This document shows positions 7,580 through 17,593 of a stretch of 27,235 bases of DNA, in pieces. The notes under the pieces are model-generated. The model searched no databases. It was not told the origin of the DNA and worked only from the letters and a program-made list of their open reading frames with translations. The DNA is from a virus (taxonomy: Duplodnaviria; Caudoviricetes). Numbering within the stretch: the first letter of the stretch is position 1; every line of letters begins with the position of its first letter. The stretch covers positions 1 to 27,235 of IMG/VR virus record IMGVR_UViG_3300042893_000406, one strand, 5' to 3'. The position numbers and the translations under genes are program-made.

Positions 7580-8838
7580 TATCTTAGCTCCATCCAAACA
7601 AATCCAGCCGTTAATTGACTACAAAGATATGTAGAGCCATTAGGCACTATTATTGTATATCTATTGAAAGAATAAAAATTTGCCAGTGCGTAATCTGCAA
7701 TATTGCCGTTTACAGTCATATAACCAGTTCCGCCTGCTGTATTAGATTCAACATTTACCATAATTGATCGACCTGTAGAGTTAGTGTAGCTTGTTGCTGC
7801 TGCTCTGCTTGCCGTTACATTTTGCCAAACTTGACCATACCCTATTGCGGTATTTACTACATTAGCTGTGGTTGCTAATTGGGTTGTATTTGTTCCTGAA
7901 GCAGCCGTTGGAGCTGTAGGCGTTCCACTAAAAGCAGGAGAAACAAAGCTTGGTATTACTACCACAAAATCAGTACCGTCATAAATAATGTCGGCTATTT
8001 GATTTAATGCAAAAACAGCATCTATTTTAGTGCCTGAGCTGTGGTACATTTTTAATAATTTAGCACCTAAACCGCTAACATTAATAGTGTTGGTTGCTGC
8101 ACTTATAGAATTAAAAGTTACATTAAATCGTTTATTTACAGCGTAAGCAGTAATTGCAGGCAATGGAGTAAGTGTATAAACGCCTGTAGTGCCGCCAGTT
8201 GTAAATGCTGTCCAAGATTGTGATTGTATGCCTGCCTGCGTGTTGCTGTTTACTCCACTAGAATCAAAAGAAGGAAAAGCAGGATCTAAAAATCCATAAT
8301 AAACCGTTGCTAATGAAGCATCTAGTACGCCACTATCAAGCACTAGCGTTACTGTAGTTACGCCAGCGGCAAACACAGAAGCCCCATTAATTGTGCCGTA
8401 ACGATCCGTACCCGATACCGTAGCTTTTACACGCCTTGTGTTATCAAATGTCGCTGTAGCGTCACCAACCACGCTAAATGTTGTGCCACTAAGATACGTT
8501 GCAGCTCCAGCGTACAACACCCATTCTGATATGATCGGAACAGATGTGTCATTTACCCCAGATATGTTATCAACAGTTCTAAGTAAATTTCCAGATGAAT
8601 CATTAAGAATAGCTTTGTAGGCGTTTCCTGTTTGCAACCAAATTGGATTTGTTGGCTCACCCCTTGTGTTAAGAACAACAGGGTTTGTATTAGCTACAGA
8701 GCCGCTTGATTCTGAATATACAATAACTGGCGTTGTAGTGCCTGCAATGTACCAATAAACAAGACCACCTGACAATGGCAAGCCATTATTGTCAAGTTGG
8801 GCATCATTAAAGAGCGGTGAAATTTTAACTGATGGCAT
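7579..8838 (-). CDS. Tail fibre/tailspike with podoviral virion-binding N-terminus
   Basis: GLPLSGGLVYWYIAGTTTP...NTNPVVLNTRGE N-domain; FSGTPTAPTAASGTNTTQLATT fibre motif; GYGQVWQNVT...YTNSTGR tip domain. Confidence 0.85.
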   Translation of the reverse strand: MPSVKISPLFNDAQLDNNGLPLSGGLVYWYIAGTTTPVIVYSESSGSVANTNPVVLNTRGEPTNPIWLQTGNAYKAILNDSSGNLLRTVDNISGVNDTSVPIISEWVLYAGAATYLSGTTFSVVGDATATFDNTRRVKATVSGTDRYGTINGASVFAAGVTTVTLVLDSGVLDASLATVYYGFLDPAFPSFDSSGVNSNTQAGIQSQSWTAFTTGGTTGVYTLTPLPAITAYAVNKRFNVTFNSISAATNTINVSGLGAKLLKMYHSSGTKIDAVFALNQIADIIYDGTDFVVVIPSFVSPAFSGTPTAPTAASGTNTTQLATTANVVNTAIGYGQVWQNVTASRAAATSYTNSTGRSIMVNVESNTAGGTGYMTVNGNIADYALANFYSFNRYTIIVPNGSTYLCSQLTAGFVWMELR

Positions 8839-8877
8839 TGTTATTTACCTTGTGTTGTTTTAATAATTTTATCATGA

Positions 8878-10797
8878 TTATTTATTTTGGTATTGCGTTA
8901 ATGCACCATAGAGCGCATTACGACCAGCCGCAGATTTCATATCAATTGGGCCAGACAGTTTATACTTACGCATTAACATGGCGGCATAAGCAGGATCAAG
9001 CTCGGCTTTTGCTAATATATCTGCTATCTCACCAGTTCTACCCGTTACATTTGACAGGCCTTTTGTTACTGGACGTAGAATATTAGATAATATGCCTGGT
9101 TGATTTTTAACATCAGAGCCAAGCAACGCCCTAGTAACATCGTCAGATATAAGTTGCTCCATCTTAACATTTTGCATGGTGTTTGATCCCCTAGCCATGC
9201 CCATGCTACCTCTTGTTCCTGCTGTTGCCGCTCTCTGTGCGTTTTCCATGATTGCTCGTTGATTAAGCGACAAATCTTCCATATCTTTTTTATTAAGTGT
9301 TTGAGTCTTTAAATTAGCCGCAGACAAAGGAAATACTTCTTCTTGCACACCACTTCTATTGCTAACAATAGGTGTTTTGTTGGTGGCTTGATTAATCATT
9401 TTTTCAGCTTGCTTTGATTGATTAATCTGCCTAATGCCAATCGCTTGCGTTTTTAAAAATTGTTTAAAGTCTGGTTCAACCGTGCCTAATGAATCGGACA
9501 ATTCTTTTTTAACATTATTTAATGCAGTTCCTGATTTTGCAATTTGCATAGAGGCAGGATCGTCATATTTACCACGCAACGCATCATCAATGTATTGTTT
9601 AAAATTATAAACCTCATTAAAACCAACGTCACCTTGCGGAATCTTTTCTTTAATACTTTGTAATGCGCTTTCAATAGCTGGATTGCCTTTGTGCTTAAGC
9701 AACGCATCATCAAGAGAAGCAACAACATTATCAATGTTGGTTGGTAAATTTCTATCGCGCATAGGCTTAGAAACGGTATCAACAACTTCATATAAATAAT
9801 TTTCTTTTTTGGCTTTACTTGCGTTAGAGCCTATAGTTTTATTAATATAATCTTTTAATGATTTTGCATTATTAAATAAACGCTCACTAAGTACAGTTGA
9901 GGCATAAGGGTCGATCTCAACAAACCTTGCTAATGAAGATATACCAGCATTGCCTGCTATGTCAGAAGTTTTTGGTTTAAAACCAGCAATAGGTTTAACG
10001 CCTTGTACTCCACCAGTTTCAAGCAATCCTGCAACCACATCTGCTTCTTCACCAGCTTGACGGTTTAACAATCTTCCTGCTAATGGTTCTAATGCGCCAA
10101 AACTGCTTTGTGCTGTTCTTAATGCTGCTCTTGATGTTGGCTTAACCATACTAGCTAAACTAGATGATCCACCGCCCCCAGCTATGCCGCCAGCTATTGT
10201 TGCAAGAGTTTTTAAAGTTGGCGATGATTCATCAACCATACCGCCAGCAATTTCACCACCAGCTTTACCGCCTAATCCACCAACCACATTAACTACAGGT
10301 GCGTTAGCCCCAGATATTGCTCTAATTCCAGCAGGAATAGCGCCACCTAATGCCCTAATTGTTCCACCACCAGCTAATAAACCAGATGCTAATCTAGCAT
10401 ACTCCATTGGCTTCTGTTCTGCTTCTGTAGGCTGTGTTAGCTTTAAATAATCAGCTAATTTAGTACCATATTGTTGCGTGTCTATACTGCTTGGAACACC
10501 CCATTCATTAGTTTCTGGTATTTCTTTTTTTTGTATAAGACTTGGTAAGTTAGATACAGTAGAGGCAAAGTTATATACGCCCCCAGGAATACCAGCCACA
10601 CCCTCTATAGCCGCACGACCACCTAAACCAGCGTATCTTTCTGCTTGGTCAAGCATAGATGGTTCAGCAGTAATTGTTTCTTCTGTTTTTTTGGTTGGAG
10701 TAACGTCAGATAAAAAATCAACAGCCGACATTCCTTTCTTTTTGTCTTTTGGCGCAACATCAGACAAGTAATCAATAGCGTTTTGTTTTGCTCTCAT
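8878..10797 (-). CDS. Probable ejection (DNA transfer) protein, large
   Basis: Gly/Ala-rich hydrophobic N-half with helical C-half; third of three genes after the tail hub, as in P22 gp7/20/16. Confidence 0.6.
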   Translation of the reverse strand: MRAKQNAIDYLSDVAPKDKKKGMSAVDFLSDVTPTKKTEETITAEPSMLDQAERYAGLGGRAAIEGVAGIPGGVYNFASTVSNLPSLIQKKEIPETNEWGVPSSIDTQQYGTKLADYLKLTQPTEAEQKPMEYARLASGLLAGGGTIRALGGAIPAGIRAISGANAPVVNVVGGLGGKAGGEIAGGMVDESSPTLKTLATIAGGIAGGGGSSSLASMVKPTSRAALRTAQSSFGALEPLAGRLLNRQAGEEADVVAGLLETGGVQGVKPIAGFKPKTSDIAGNAGISSLARFVEIDPYASTVLSERLFNNAKSLKDYINKTIGSNASKAKKENYLYEVVDTVSKPMRDRNLPTNIDNVVASLDDALLKHKGNPAIESALQSIKEKIPQGDVGFNEVYNFKQYIDDALRGKYDDPASMQIAKSGTALNNVKKELSDSLGTVEPDFKQFLKTQAIGIRQINQSKQAEKMINQATNKTPIVSNRSGVQEEVFPLSAANLKTQTLNKKDMEDLSLNQRAIMENAQRAATAGTRGSMGMARGSNTMQNVKMEQLISDDVTRALLGSDVKNQPGILSNILRPVTKGLSNVTGRTGEIADILAKAELDPAYAAMLMRKYKLSGPIDMKSAAGRNALYGALTQYQNK

Positions 10798-10802
10798 GCT
10801 AG

Positions 10803-12248
10803 TTACTCCAAGCCAAATTTGTTGCGTAAAATCTCATGTGCGTCATCTAATTCTAAATCACCGTTAGCAACAGCGGCTTTTACTTCTTCTTTAGAATTAT
10901 AAACGCCATACTGCCCAACGTCTTGTATAATATTTTTAGGATTTAATTTGTTACGCAATGCCACTTCTTTGTAATTTTTATCAAGCAAACGCTGTTGCTT
11001 TGTTGCGGCTTTATAAACGTCTTTAGTAGCCTCTTTAAATAATTTAATTTGAGAATCAGTTAATACTTCACCTTTACTAATTCTATTCATATAATTGGCG
11101 GTTTTATCAAGTTTGCCTGTTGCATTTAACGCCATGCCTAATTCTGACTCTCTTACAACAGAACCAGGGTCAAGTAATTTCATGTAAGCAGTTGCAGCCG
11201 CTAATGTGGCAGGAGCAGAATCTTTTGCCTTATCAAATAAAATATTAGTTTTTTGATAAGCATCTGACAAATCTCTAAATGCTTTAGATTCACTTTGATA
11301 TTTATTAGCTAATTTTTCCTCATTTTCAAATGATTTTGCTTTGGTTTCTATGTCTACTTCAGCTTGTTTTCTTTGGTCTGCTGTAGGAATACCATGTTTT
11401 TTCTCATAATCAAGTTTTTGTTGTGCAACATTAGCCGCATATTCTTGTGCCAAGTTTAGGTCAGATTGCCCCTGTGGGGTGTTTTGAAAGTTATAGCTAA
11501 CTGGTGGCGCTTGCTCTTGTTGCATTGGCTGTTGCATCATTTGTGGCTGTTGTTGTTGCATTGGCTGTTGTTGTTGACCCTGCCCCATCACTTGGCTTTT
11601 AAGGATTGCCTGTGCTTGCTCCAATGGAATATGCCCTTGCTCAACTAATTTACTTAATGTATTTGCCATGCCAATATCAAACTTATTGCCAACATCATAA
11701 GCGCCAGGCATGTATGGTTGGCCTTGTGCATTAAGCATAGGAGCAAACGCACCATCTTTAAACTCTAATATACCTGTGCTTGTATTGACAGTTGGATGAT
11801 ATTCATTGCTTGCTGCGCCCATAGCCGCCAATGATTTAAGCCCATTAATGTCAATAGGTTTTGATGGATCATCTTGATGACCAAAAGCACTAGCAACTAT
11901 TGGACGCATAGGCGTTCCATATTTTTCTACAGCTTGGTCAAACTCTGGTGTTCCTTCTGGTGCAACTTTAGATGCTTGCGCCAATATTTGCTTTGCAATA
12001 TTAGAACCCATTGTTATTTTTTGTTGATGAACTTTCTGTGCATTTAAATCAGCATCAGCATTATAATTTTTTGTTTGCGCTTCCAGCATTTGACGATTAA
12101 TAGGAGCGTTTCTTTCTGCCTCCATCATCTTCATTTCATTCATTTTAAACTCTTGTTGATTAGAGCGAGTTTTATCCGTAATATCGTATAAGTCAGCTAC
12201 GCTATAAGGTTTGGTGGTCATGTAATTTGGTACGTTTAATTCTGACAT
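10803..12248 (-). CDS. Probable ejection (DNA transfer) protein
   Basis: Helical Q/A/K-rich protein with KLLDPGSVVRESE motif; start moved to ATG 12248 after AGGA. Confidence 0.6.
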   Translation of the reverse strand: MSELNVPNYMTTKPYSVADLYDITDKTRSNQQEFKMNEMKMMEAERNAPINRQMLEAQTKNYNADADLNAQKVHQQKITMGSNIAKQILAQASKVAPEGTPEFDQAVEKYGTPMRPIVASAFGHQDDPSKPIDINGLKSLAAMGAASNEYHPTVNTSTGILEFKDGAFAPMLNAQGQPYMPGAYDVGNKFDIGMANTLSKLVEQGHIPLEQAQAILKSQVMGQGQQQQPMQQQQPQMMQQPMQQEQAPPVSYNFQNTPQGQSDLNLAQEYAANVAQQKLDYEKKHGIPTADQRKQAEVDIETKAKSFENEEKLANKYQSESKAFRDLSDAYQKTNILFDKAKDSAPATLAAATAYMKLLDPGSVVRESELGMALNATGKLDKTANYMNRISKGEVLTDSQIKLFKEATKDVYKAATKQQRLLDKNYKEVALRNKLNPKNIIQDVGQYGVYNSKEEVKAAVANGDLELDDAHEILRNKFGLE

Positions 12249-12267
12249 TGTCATTAATCCTATATTA

Positions 12268-13146
12268 TTAAAGAGGCCAACCGCCACCAGTTCCGCCACC
12301 AGTATTTGAGCCAAAATTAACATTGGCTTGCCCCATTCCACCGCTACTTCCACCACCCATAAGACCACCAACCCTAGACACACCTCCACCGATGGCATTA
12401 CCAATTCCACTTATGTTACTAGCATTTATCTGGCCTTGTCCTAACGCCAAATTACTCATATTATTACCATTATTAGTAGCCAAATTTGACAACGCTGCTC
12501 CTGTACTTATTGCATACCCTCCTTGATTAACAGCAGCATTTTGACCACTAACAGCCATTCCTTGCAAGTTGGTAAATTTTTGTTGATTACGACTAAAAGC
12601 ATTAGTATAAGCATTTTGCGCTCTATCCCACGCATTCTGATAACCTGTTGAAGCTTGCCCTTGTGCGTAGTCATTAATAGCTTTCATGTTAGCACCAGAC
12701 AACAAACCGCCCCTAGCGGCTGCGGAATTATTAACGCCCTGCAATCCTTGTTCTAATTGAAATTGATAACCTGGCGTTGCTTGCAAATCAGCCAATGAAT
12801 TAACCATAGGCGTGTAACCAACATCTTGCTGATATTGATCCATACCATAATTAGCTAAACCACCCTTTTGCGTGTTTGCGCTTGTATAGCCTTCTGTTGG
12901 AGTAGTCAACCCCATGCCATACGCTAACTCATCAAGTGCGCTACCTCCAACCGTTGCATAAGGCTTAATGTATCCTTGTGCAGCTGCCTCTGCTTTTTCT
13001 AAAGCGGCTTTAGCTTCTGCGTATTTTTGAGCTTGAATTTTAGCCGCTTCTTTATTTGCTTTTGATGAAGCCGCACTACTTGCCGCAGAAGTTCCTGCGC
13101 TTATTGCCGCCCCTGCTACGCCTACACCTACTGCTACAAAACTCAT
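12268..13146 (-). CDS. Probable ejection protein, P22 gp7-like
   Basis: Hydrophobic Gly/Ala N-terminus; TPGYQFQLEQG...SAAARGGLLSGA motif. Confidence 0.75.
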   Translation of the reverse strand: MSFVAVGVGVAGAAISAGTSAASSAASSKANKEAAKIQAQKYAEAKAALEKAEAAAQGYIKPYATVGGSALDELAYGMGLTTPTEGYTSANTQKGGLANYGMDQYQQDVGYTPMVNSLADLQATPGYQFQLEQGLQGVNNSAAARGGLLSGANMKAINDYAQGQASTGYQNAWDRAQNAYTNAFSRNQQKFTNLQGMAVSGQNAAVNQGGYAISTGAALSNLATNNGNNMSNLALGQGQINASNISGIGNAIGGGVSRVGGLMGGGSSGGMGQANVNFGSNTGGGTGGGWPL

Positions 13147-13619
13147 TGTATAACTCCTAATTTGATGGATTCATCAATCCACGACAAGTCGCTTTGATGA
13201 ACTAATTCATCTTCAATTTCTGCAATTTCAGTATGTTTTGTTGCATGGATTGTAGACCATATTGTTTCTTCATGCACATAAATTAAGCGTTTAGTGCCAG
13301 CTTTAGAAATCCAAGTGGCAGGCGCTTTTATGCGAGTTATTCCTTCATTTGTTAATACGGATACATCACCAGTTGAAATAATGCTTGTATGGTCATAATT
13401 GTGTACACGACCAGTTAATAGTGCGCCCTTTGGTAAAGTAATTTGCCGTACATAAGTTTTATTGCAAATGGTATGGCTTAAAGGCCAATCAACCTCTGTT
13501 GTACCCCCTGCATAATTTAATAAATAATATTCTGCTAGTTCAATTTTTTGTATGTTAGATAACAATGCTAAATCTTGTTTATACTTTTCAGCTATTATTG
13601 GTAAATTAAACTCTATCAT
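13143..13619 (-). CDS. Cupin-fold-like phage protein
   Basis: YVRQITLPKG..LTGRVH..DH..IISTGDV...AGTKR...HEETIWSTIH pattern. Confidence 0.6.
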   Translation of the reverse strand: MIEFNLPIIAEKYKQDLALLSNIQKIELAEYYLLNYAGGTTEVDWPLSHTICNKTYVRQITLPKGALLTGRVHNYDHTSIISTGDVSVLTNEGITRIKAPATWISKAGTKRLIYVHEETIWSTIHATKHTEIAEIEDELVHQSDLSWIDESIKLGVIQ

Positions 13620-13622
13620 AAC

Positions 13623-14147
13623 TTATGCTGGCCTTATCATTGCTGCTTGGAAGTAGGTAGGTGCCGCTGTCGCTATACTATTCTGTGCGACACTTGTAGA
13701 TGTAAAAATCTCAATATAGTCGGTAGTCCCGTTACAAAGTACAATAGCAGACACAGTAGCTAGTGCTGCTACAGTAGGAACGCCCCCATACTTATATACT
13801 GCACCATTTTTATAAACGGCACATATAAGCTGGCAAGCTGTTGGGCTTATCTGATAACAAGCATTAACTTGATAATACCCAGCTACTGTTGGGGTAAACC
13901 GAGAAGTAGCAGTATCATAATTGTTATTAGTATCAAACTCCTCAGTCTGGAATAGCATTTTAGTAAATGTAGAAGCTGGCAGTGCCTGTAACGTACTCTG
14001 ATAAGCACTGAACGCTGGGCCTGTTTGCAAGGTATCAACAGAAGTAGACAATGTTATTAAATTAGCAACTGTCTGACTAAACCATTGCACCCACGGCAAT
14101 ATGCCTGCTATTGGTGCAGCGTGTATTGGTGGTTGTGGGAAGTTCAT
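13623..14147 (-). CDS. Virion protein with C1q-like C-terminal domain (tail needle/knob position)
   Basis: PAFSAY...FQTEEFDTNNNYD...RFTPTVAGYYQVNA...TDYIEIF; AGGTAA RBS. Confidence 0.7.
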   Translation of the reverse strand: MNFPQPPIHAAPIAGILPWVQWFSQTVANLITLSTSVDTLQTGPAFSAYQSTLQALPASTFTKMLFQTEEFDTNNNYDTATSRFTPTVAGYYQVNACYQISPTACQLICAVYKNGAVYKYGGVPTVAALATVSAIVLCNGTTDYIEIFTSTSVAQNSIATAAPTYFQAAMIRPA

Positions 14148-14170
14148 TATTTACCTCTTAATAATTTTTA

Positions 14171-14179
14171 TGTTACAAT
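14171..14179 (+). promoter_or_regulatory. Extended -10 promoter candidate (leaderless)
   Basis: TGtTACAAT ends 7 nt before ATG 14186; TTTACC 18 bp upstream. Confidence 0.45.
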
Positions 14180-14185
14180 TTATTT

Positions 14186-14374
14186 ATGAAAACTATAGTC
14201 AACAGAAATATTAAAATGTCTAAAAAAATGATGGAATCTCTATCGCTTTTTGAATCGTATTGCATTATTTATAAAATACAACAAACAACAGAACATACAG
14301 TTAAAGAATTTATAAAAAAACATTATAATCAAAATTTAGCTGATAAATTTAATATTAATTATTTATATCAATAG
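14186..14374 (+). CDS. Small hypothetical protein, opposite to the late operon
   Basis: Fills a very AT-rich gap; own promoter candidate; stop overlaps that of the convergent 419-aa gene. Confidence 0.6.
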   Translation: MKTIVNRNIKMSKKMMESLSLFESYCIIYKIQQTTEHTVKEFIKKHYNQNLADKFNINYLYQ

Positions 14375-15627
14375 CCTAAAGACTTTAATATATCAGATGT
14401 TATCTGCCCCGAATATATACCTAATTCCATAGATCGTCTATCAGAATCGCTTGGCTTTCTAGGGTTTTGCATATTTCTTGTAGATACAACATGTGGCAAA
14501 AGCTCATGCGCCATAATATCTTGATTTAATTTACCTAAACCTTGCCCTGGAACGCCTTTTGGATATGCTCGATGCCCAGAAGAATTAATAATCTTATCGT
14601 TTGCAAAAATTTGACCTACATTTTGTAATCCTAAAACTGGTGATGATAATTGATTTGGATCTGCAACAGCAAGACGAGCTTCTCCAATACTTAATCCCCC
14701 TTCATTTCTATAAGTTTTATCAAGCATATTTTTTAATGCTTTTCTAGTAGTGTCTGAAGCTGTTCTAAATTGATCTATACCTTCTAAAGATCCAAGTCCT
14801 TTAAAATTAGGAATAAATGTTTTTATATCTTTATTTACTAATCTTTGTGTTTTATTAGACATGTTATTGCTCATATATTTAAGCATTGTTTCGCCAGTCA
14901 TATTTGCAAAATCGCCACCTGTTGGCGACATACGCCAGGGTAAATATAATGGATCTTTACCAGTCCATTCTTTTAAGTTTTTTGCATACTTCATAATAGA
15001 ACTAACAGGCGCATTTCCTGATGCCCAAACTTGCCCAGGATTATTAAACATATAATCTTGACCACCTTGTAAATCTACATTTAAAGGAACGTCATTTATA
15101 GATTGTAATTTTCCAACATTAGTTCTATCAGACATAGAAGTTATAAATGGATAACCCTCATAGTCTGCCAAAGATATATTTTGTATTTGTGTATCAGGAA
15201 CATCAATAGAAGTTGTTAAATTTTTTAATTTTTCTTGCTCTAATTTTCTAGGGTCAAATCTAGGGTCAAACCCAAAATCCCCCATGCGAATGTTTTTAAT
15301 ACTCATACCAACTGGCAACCCTTCAGTCATTTTTGCCATTGGGGTTAAAGCAGAAAGCGCATCTACTAAACTTTGTTTACGTTCCCTTTTAATTTGTGGC
15401 AACCCCATTTCTGTAGATTGAAATGGTGAATTACCATAAGACCAGTTTTCTATTTCTTCTGGTGACTTACCAAGAAACATGTCGCCCATGCCGCCAAGAT
15501 ACGGCACGTTTACTTTATTGCCAAAATTACGAACAGCGCCAAGTCCAGACGATAAGCCACCCAATAATTTATCTTGGGGAATAGACTGCATTTTGTTTTG
15601 ACGCACCATATCCGCTAGACTTGCCAT
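14368..15627 (-). CDS. Hypothetical protein: low-complexity N-terminus plus globular C-terminal domain (possible injected effector)
   Basis: 419-aa ORF coupled (TAATG) to the gp10-like gene; no family recognised. Confidence 0.8.
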   Translation of the reverse strand: MASLADMVRQNKMQSIPQDKLLGGLSSGLGAVRNFGNKVNVPYLGGMGDMFLGKSPEEIENWSYGNSPFQSTEMGLPQIKRERKQSLVDALSALTPMAKMTEGLPVGMSIKNIRMGDFGFDPRFDPRKLEQEKLKNLTTSIDVPDTQIQNISLADYEGYPFITSMSDRTNVGKLQSINDVPLNVDLQGGQDYMFNNPGQVWASGNAPVSSIMKYAKNLKEWTGKDPLYLPWRMSPTGGDFANMTGETMLKYMSNNMSNKTQRLVNKDIKTFIPNFKGLGSLEGIDQFRTASDTTRKALKNMLDKTYRNEGGLSIGEARLAVADPNQLSSPVLGLQNVGQIFANDKIINSSGHRAYPKGVPGQGLGKLNQDIMAHELLPHVVSTRNMQNPRKPSDSDRRSMELGIYSGQITSDILKSLGY

Positions 15628-17306
15628 TATTTACTCGCCTCTGTTGCTTCAATAACACCTTGCATTAGCAAGAACTTAACAGGATCAGTCATTCTAATTT
15701 TAAACACAAAATCCCTAGCCCAACCAAGTCTACGCCATTCAGCTCGCATAGAATATTCGCCTAATGCACCCATACTTACCCATAATTCTTGGCCATAAGT
15801 ATGCCCACCATCACGGCTTATAGATAGCATAATTTTTGGGTTACTTCCTATTACACTAGAATTGCCCATACCACCTTCCATATCAAGCCTTAAACGGCTT
15901 ACACGCACTTTATTTCTACCAGTAGTAAACAAGTGTCCACTTGATAGCTCACGTTCAATAGGCAGGCCGTTATCAGTAAATGCTTGCTGTGAAAAATAAG
16001 ATAACAATCCGCTGTTATAGTCACTAACAATCAACTTAGTATTAAAAGCACAACACAAATCACCAAAGTGGCGAGTCATATCCCATGATTTTAATTGTGA
16101 CCAAGCATTTGACATTACATCATATAGCCAAGTTTTACCTTCTGATTGAAATGTAATTTGATAATAGATACGCCCATTCAACGTATAACCAAAACCAACG
16201 GCATCAGATGGTGAAGCATATTGATTAATAATGTAATCAATATCTGGCGTTGACACTTGAATTACTTCATAGCCTTGTAGTTGACCAATAAATAATGCGC
16301 CATGCTTGTTCTTGAATAACCCTGTTAAAAAGTCACCACAACGGCTTAATGACCATCTAGCCATTAATCCTGACGGTGATGGCGCTCCGTTGATGCGTTC
16401 AAAAGGAAACGCTTGTGCGCCACTATTTACCCATAGTTCAATGCTTGACGTACCAAGTAACGCCAAGTAACCTTTATCAGCAATAACCACTTGTAGATTA
16501 TCGGGATTAGATTCGGCAGTTGCAAAGTTTAAAGCATCCCATGTTAAGCCGTCATACTGCCCAGATATATAAAACTGTCCTGTATTGGCACGATTAACAA
16601 TAAAATATGAATCAAGAAAAGTAACAGTATCAGCACCACCAGCAGGCAACAATGCAGTAATACCTGTTAATGAATTTAATGTTGGATTATAAATATAGCC
16701 ATAAGTGCCTGTAACAATACAAAGTTGAGCGCCATTATTAGCCATACTTACACGACCATTAATATCAGTTGGATTGATACTAGTTAATGTGCGTGTTGTA
16801 GATGTAAAGGCAGAAAATGCAATAGTTGCATCACCTGTGCCTAATGTTTTGGTTAGTGTGCCGCTTGCTGATGGCGCTGTGCCGCTTGTTTTACTGCAAA
16901 CAATAGTACCAGAGCCAGCGGTAATATTAACGGTTTGAACGGTAAATATACAGCCATTATTGCTGTAGGTGCTTGAGTAGATTACTGGCAATACAGTTAC
17001 ACCAGATACAGTAAAAGTATAATAAGTTGGCTTTATTATATTTGCCGTTCCATCTGCCGCTATTGACCACAAATCACCACGTTGCACAACATACAACGCA
17101 TTATTGGCTTCCATCCAGTGCATACCACGGCTAGGGCTTGAAGATACCGTTGAAAATAATACAGTACCTGGCGTTCCATAAGCAACAACATTTGCTTTGT
17201 CAGTATCAGCTTGCACATCATAATAAACATTAAGACGATGCATAGCAGTAATGTTAGATGATTTTGATTGTTGGCCTAAACCAAATAGTTTTATTTCTTG
17301 TGGCAT
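15627..17306 (-). CDS. Tail hub / packaged DNA stabilization protein, P22 gp10-like
   Basis: YGTPG, GRVSMANNG, FATAESNPD, SIELW, SRDGGHTYG, WRRLG..RD.VFKIRMTDPV motifs. Confidence 0.9.
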   Translation of the reverse strand: MPQEIKLFGLGQQSKSSNITAMHRLNVYYDVQADTDKANVVAYGTPGTVLFSTVSSSPSRGMHWMEANNALYVVQRGDLWSIAADGTANIIKPTYYTFTVSGVTVLPVIYSSTYSNNGCIFTVQTVNITAGSGTIVCSKTSGTAPSASGTLTKTLGTGDATIAFSAFTSTTRTLTSINPTDINGRVSMANNGAQLCIVTGTYGYIYNPTLNSLTGITALLPAGGADTVTFLDSYFIVNRANTGQFYISGQYDGLTWDALNFATAESNPDNLQVVIADKGYLALLGTSSIELWVNSGAQAFPFERINGAPSPSGLMARWSLSRCGDFLTGLFKNKHGALFIGQLQGYEVIQVSTPDIDYIINQYASPSDAVGFGYTLNGRIYYQITFQSEGKTWLYDVMSNAWSQLKSWDMTRHFGDLCCAFNTKLIVSDYNSGLLSYFSQQAFTDNGLPIERELSSGHLFTTGRNKVRVSRLRLDMEGGMGNSSVIGSNPKIMLSISRDGGHTYGQELWVSMGALGEYSMRAEWRRLGWARDFVFKIRMTDPVKFLLMQGVIEATEASK

Positions 17307-17593
17307 TAAATAACCCTCATTTCAATAAGTTGGCAGGCTAGTGCTATTATAATCATTTCTTCATCATCTTCTTCATTATATTGCTCAGGTTCTTCTTTTA
17401 ATTTGCCTTTATATGTGCCAGCTCCACCGTATAAATTTACTGGTTGTTTTTTTACATAAGTTAGTGTTGCATTGTTGCCAACAAAAATATAACTTCCTGT
17501 AGCGCAAGTTAGCGCATAACTTACTTTTGCAGCAGGCGCATCTGGTAATGATGCCCACGGTGCTGAAGCAAATGACCCAAATCCAAAAACCAT
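17306..17593 (-). CDS. Hypothetical structural-module protein
   Basis: FGFGSFASAPWASL N-terminus and acidic tail; coupled on both sides. Confidence 0.7.
   Translation of the reverse strand: MVFGFGSFASAPWASLPDAPAAKVSYALTCATGSYIFVGNNATLTYVKKQPVNLYGGAGTYKGKLKEEPEQYNEEDDEEMIIIALACQLIEMRVI

Noticed and set aside
11505-11585. Gln/Pro/Met low-complexity repeat in an ejection protein
   Set aside because: Ordinary flexible linker with short imperfect repeats; no sign of a separate element
12249-12410. Long N-terminal extension of the 535-aa ORF
   Set aside because: Overlaps the upstream gene; the AGGA RBS supports a start at 12248
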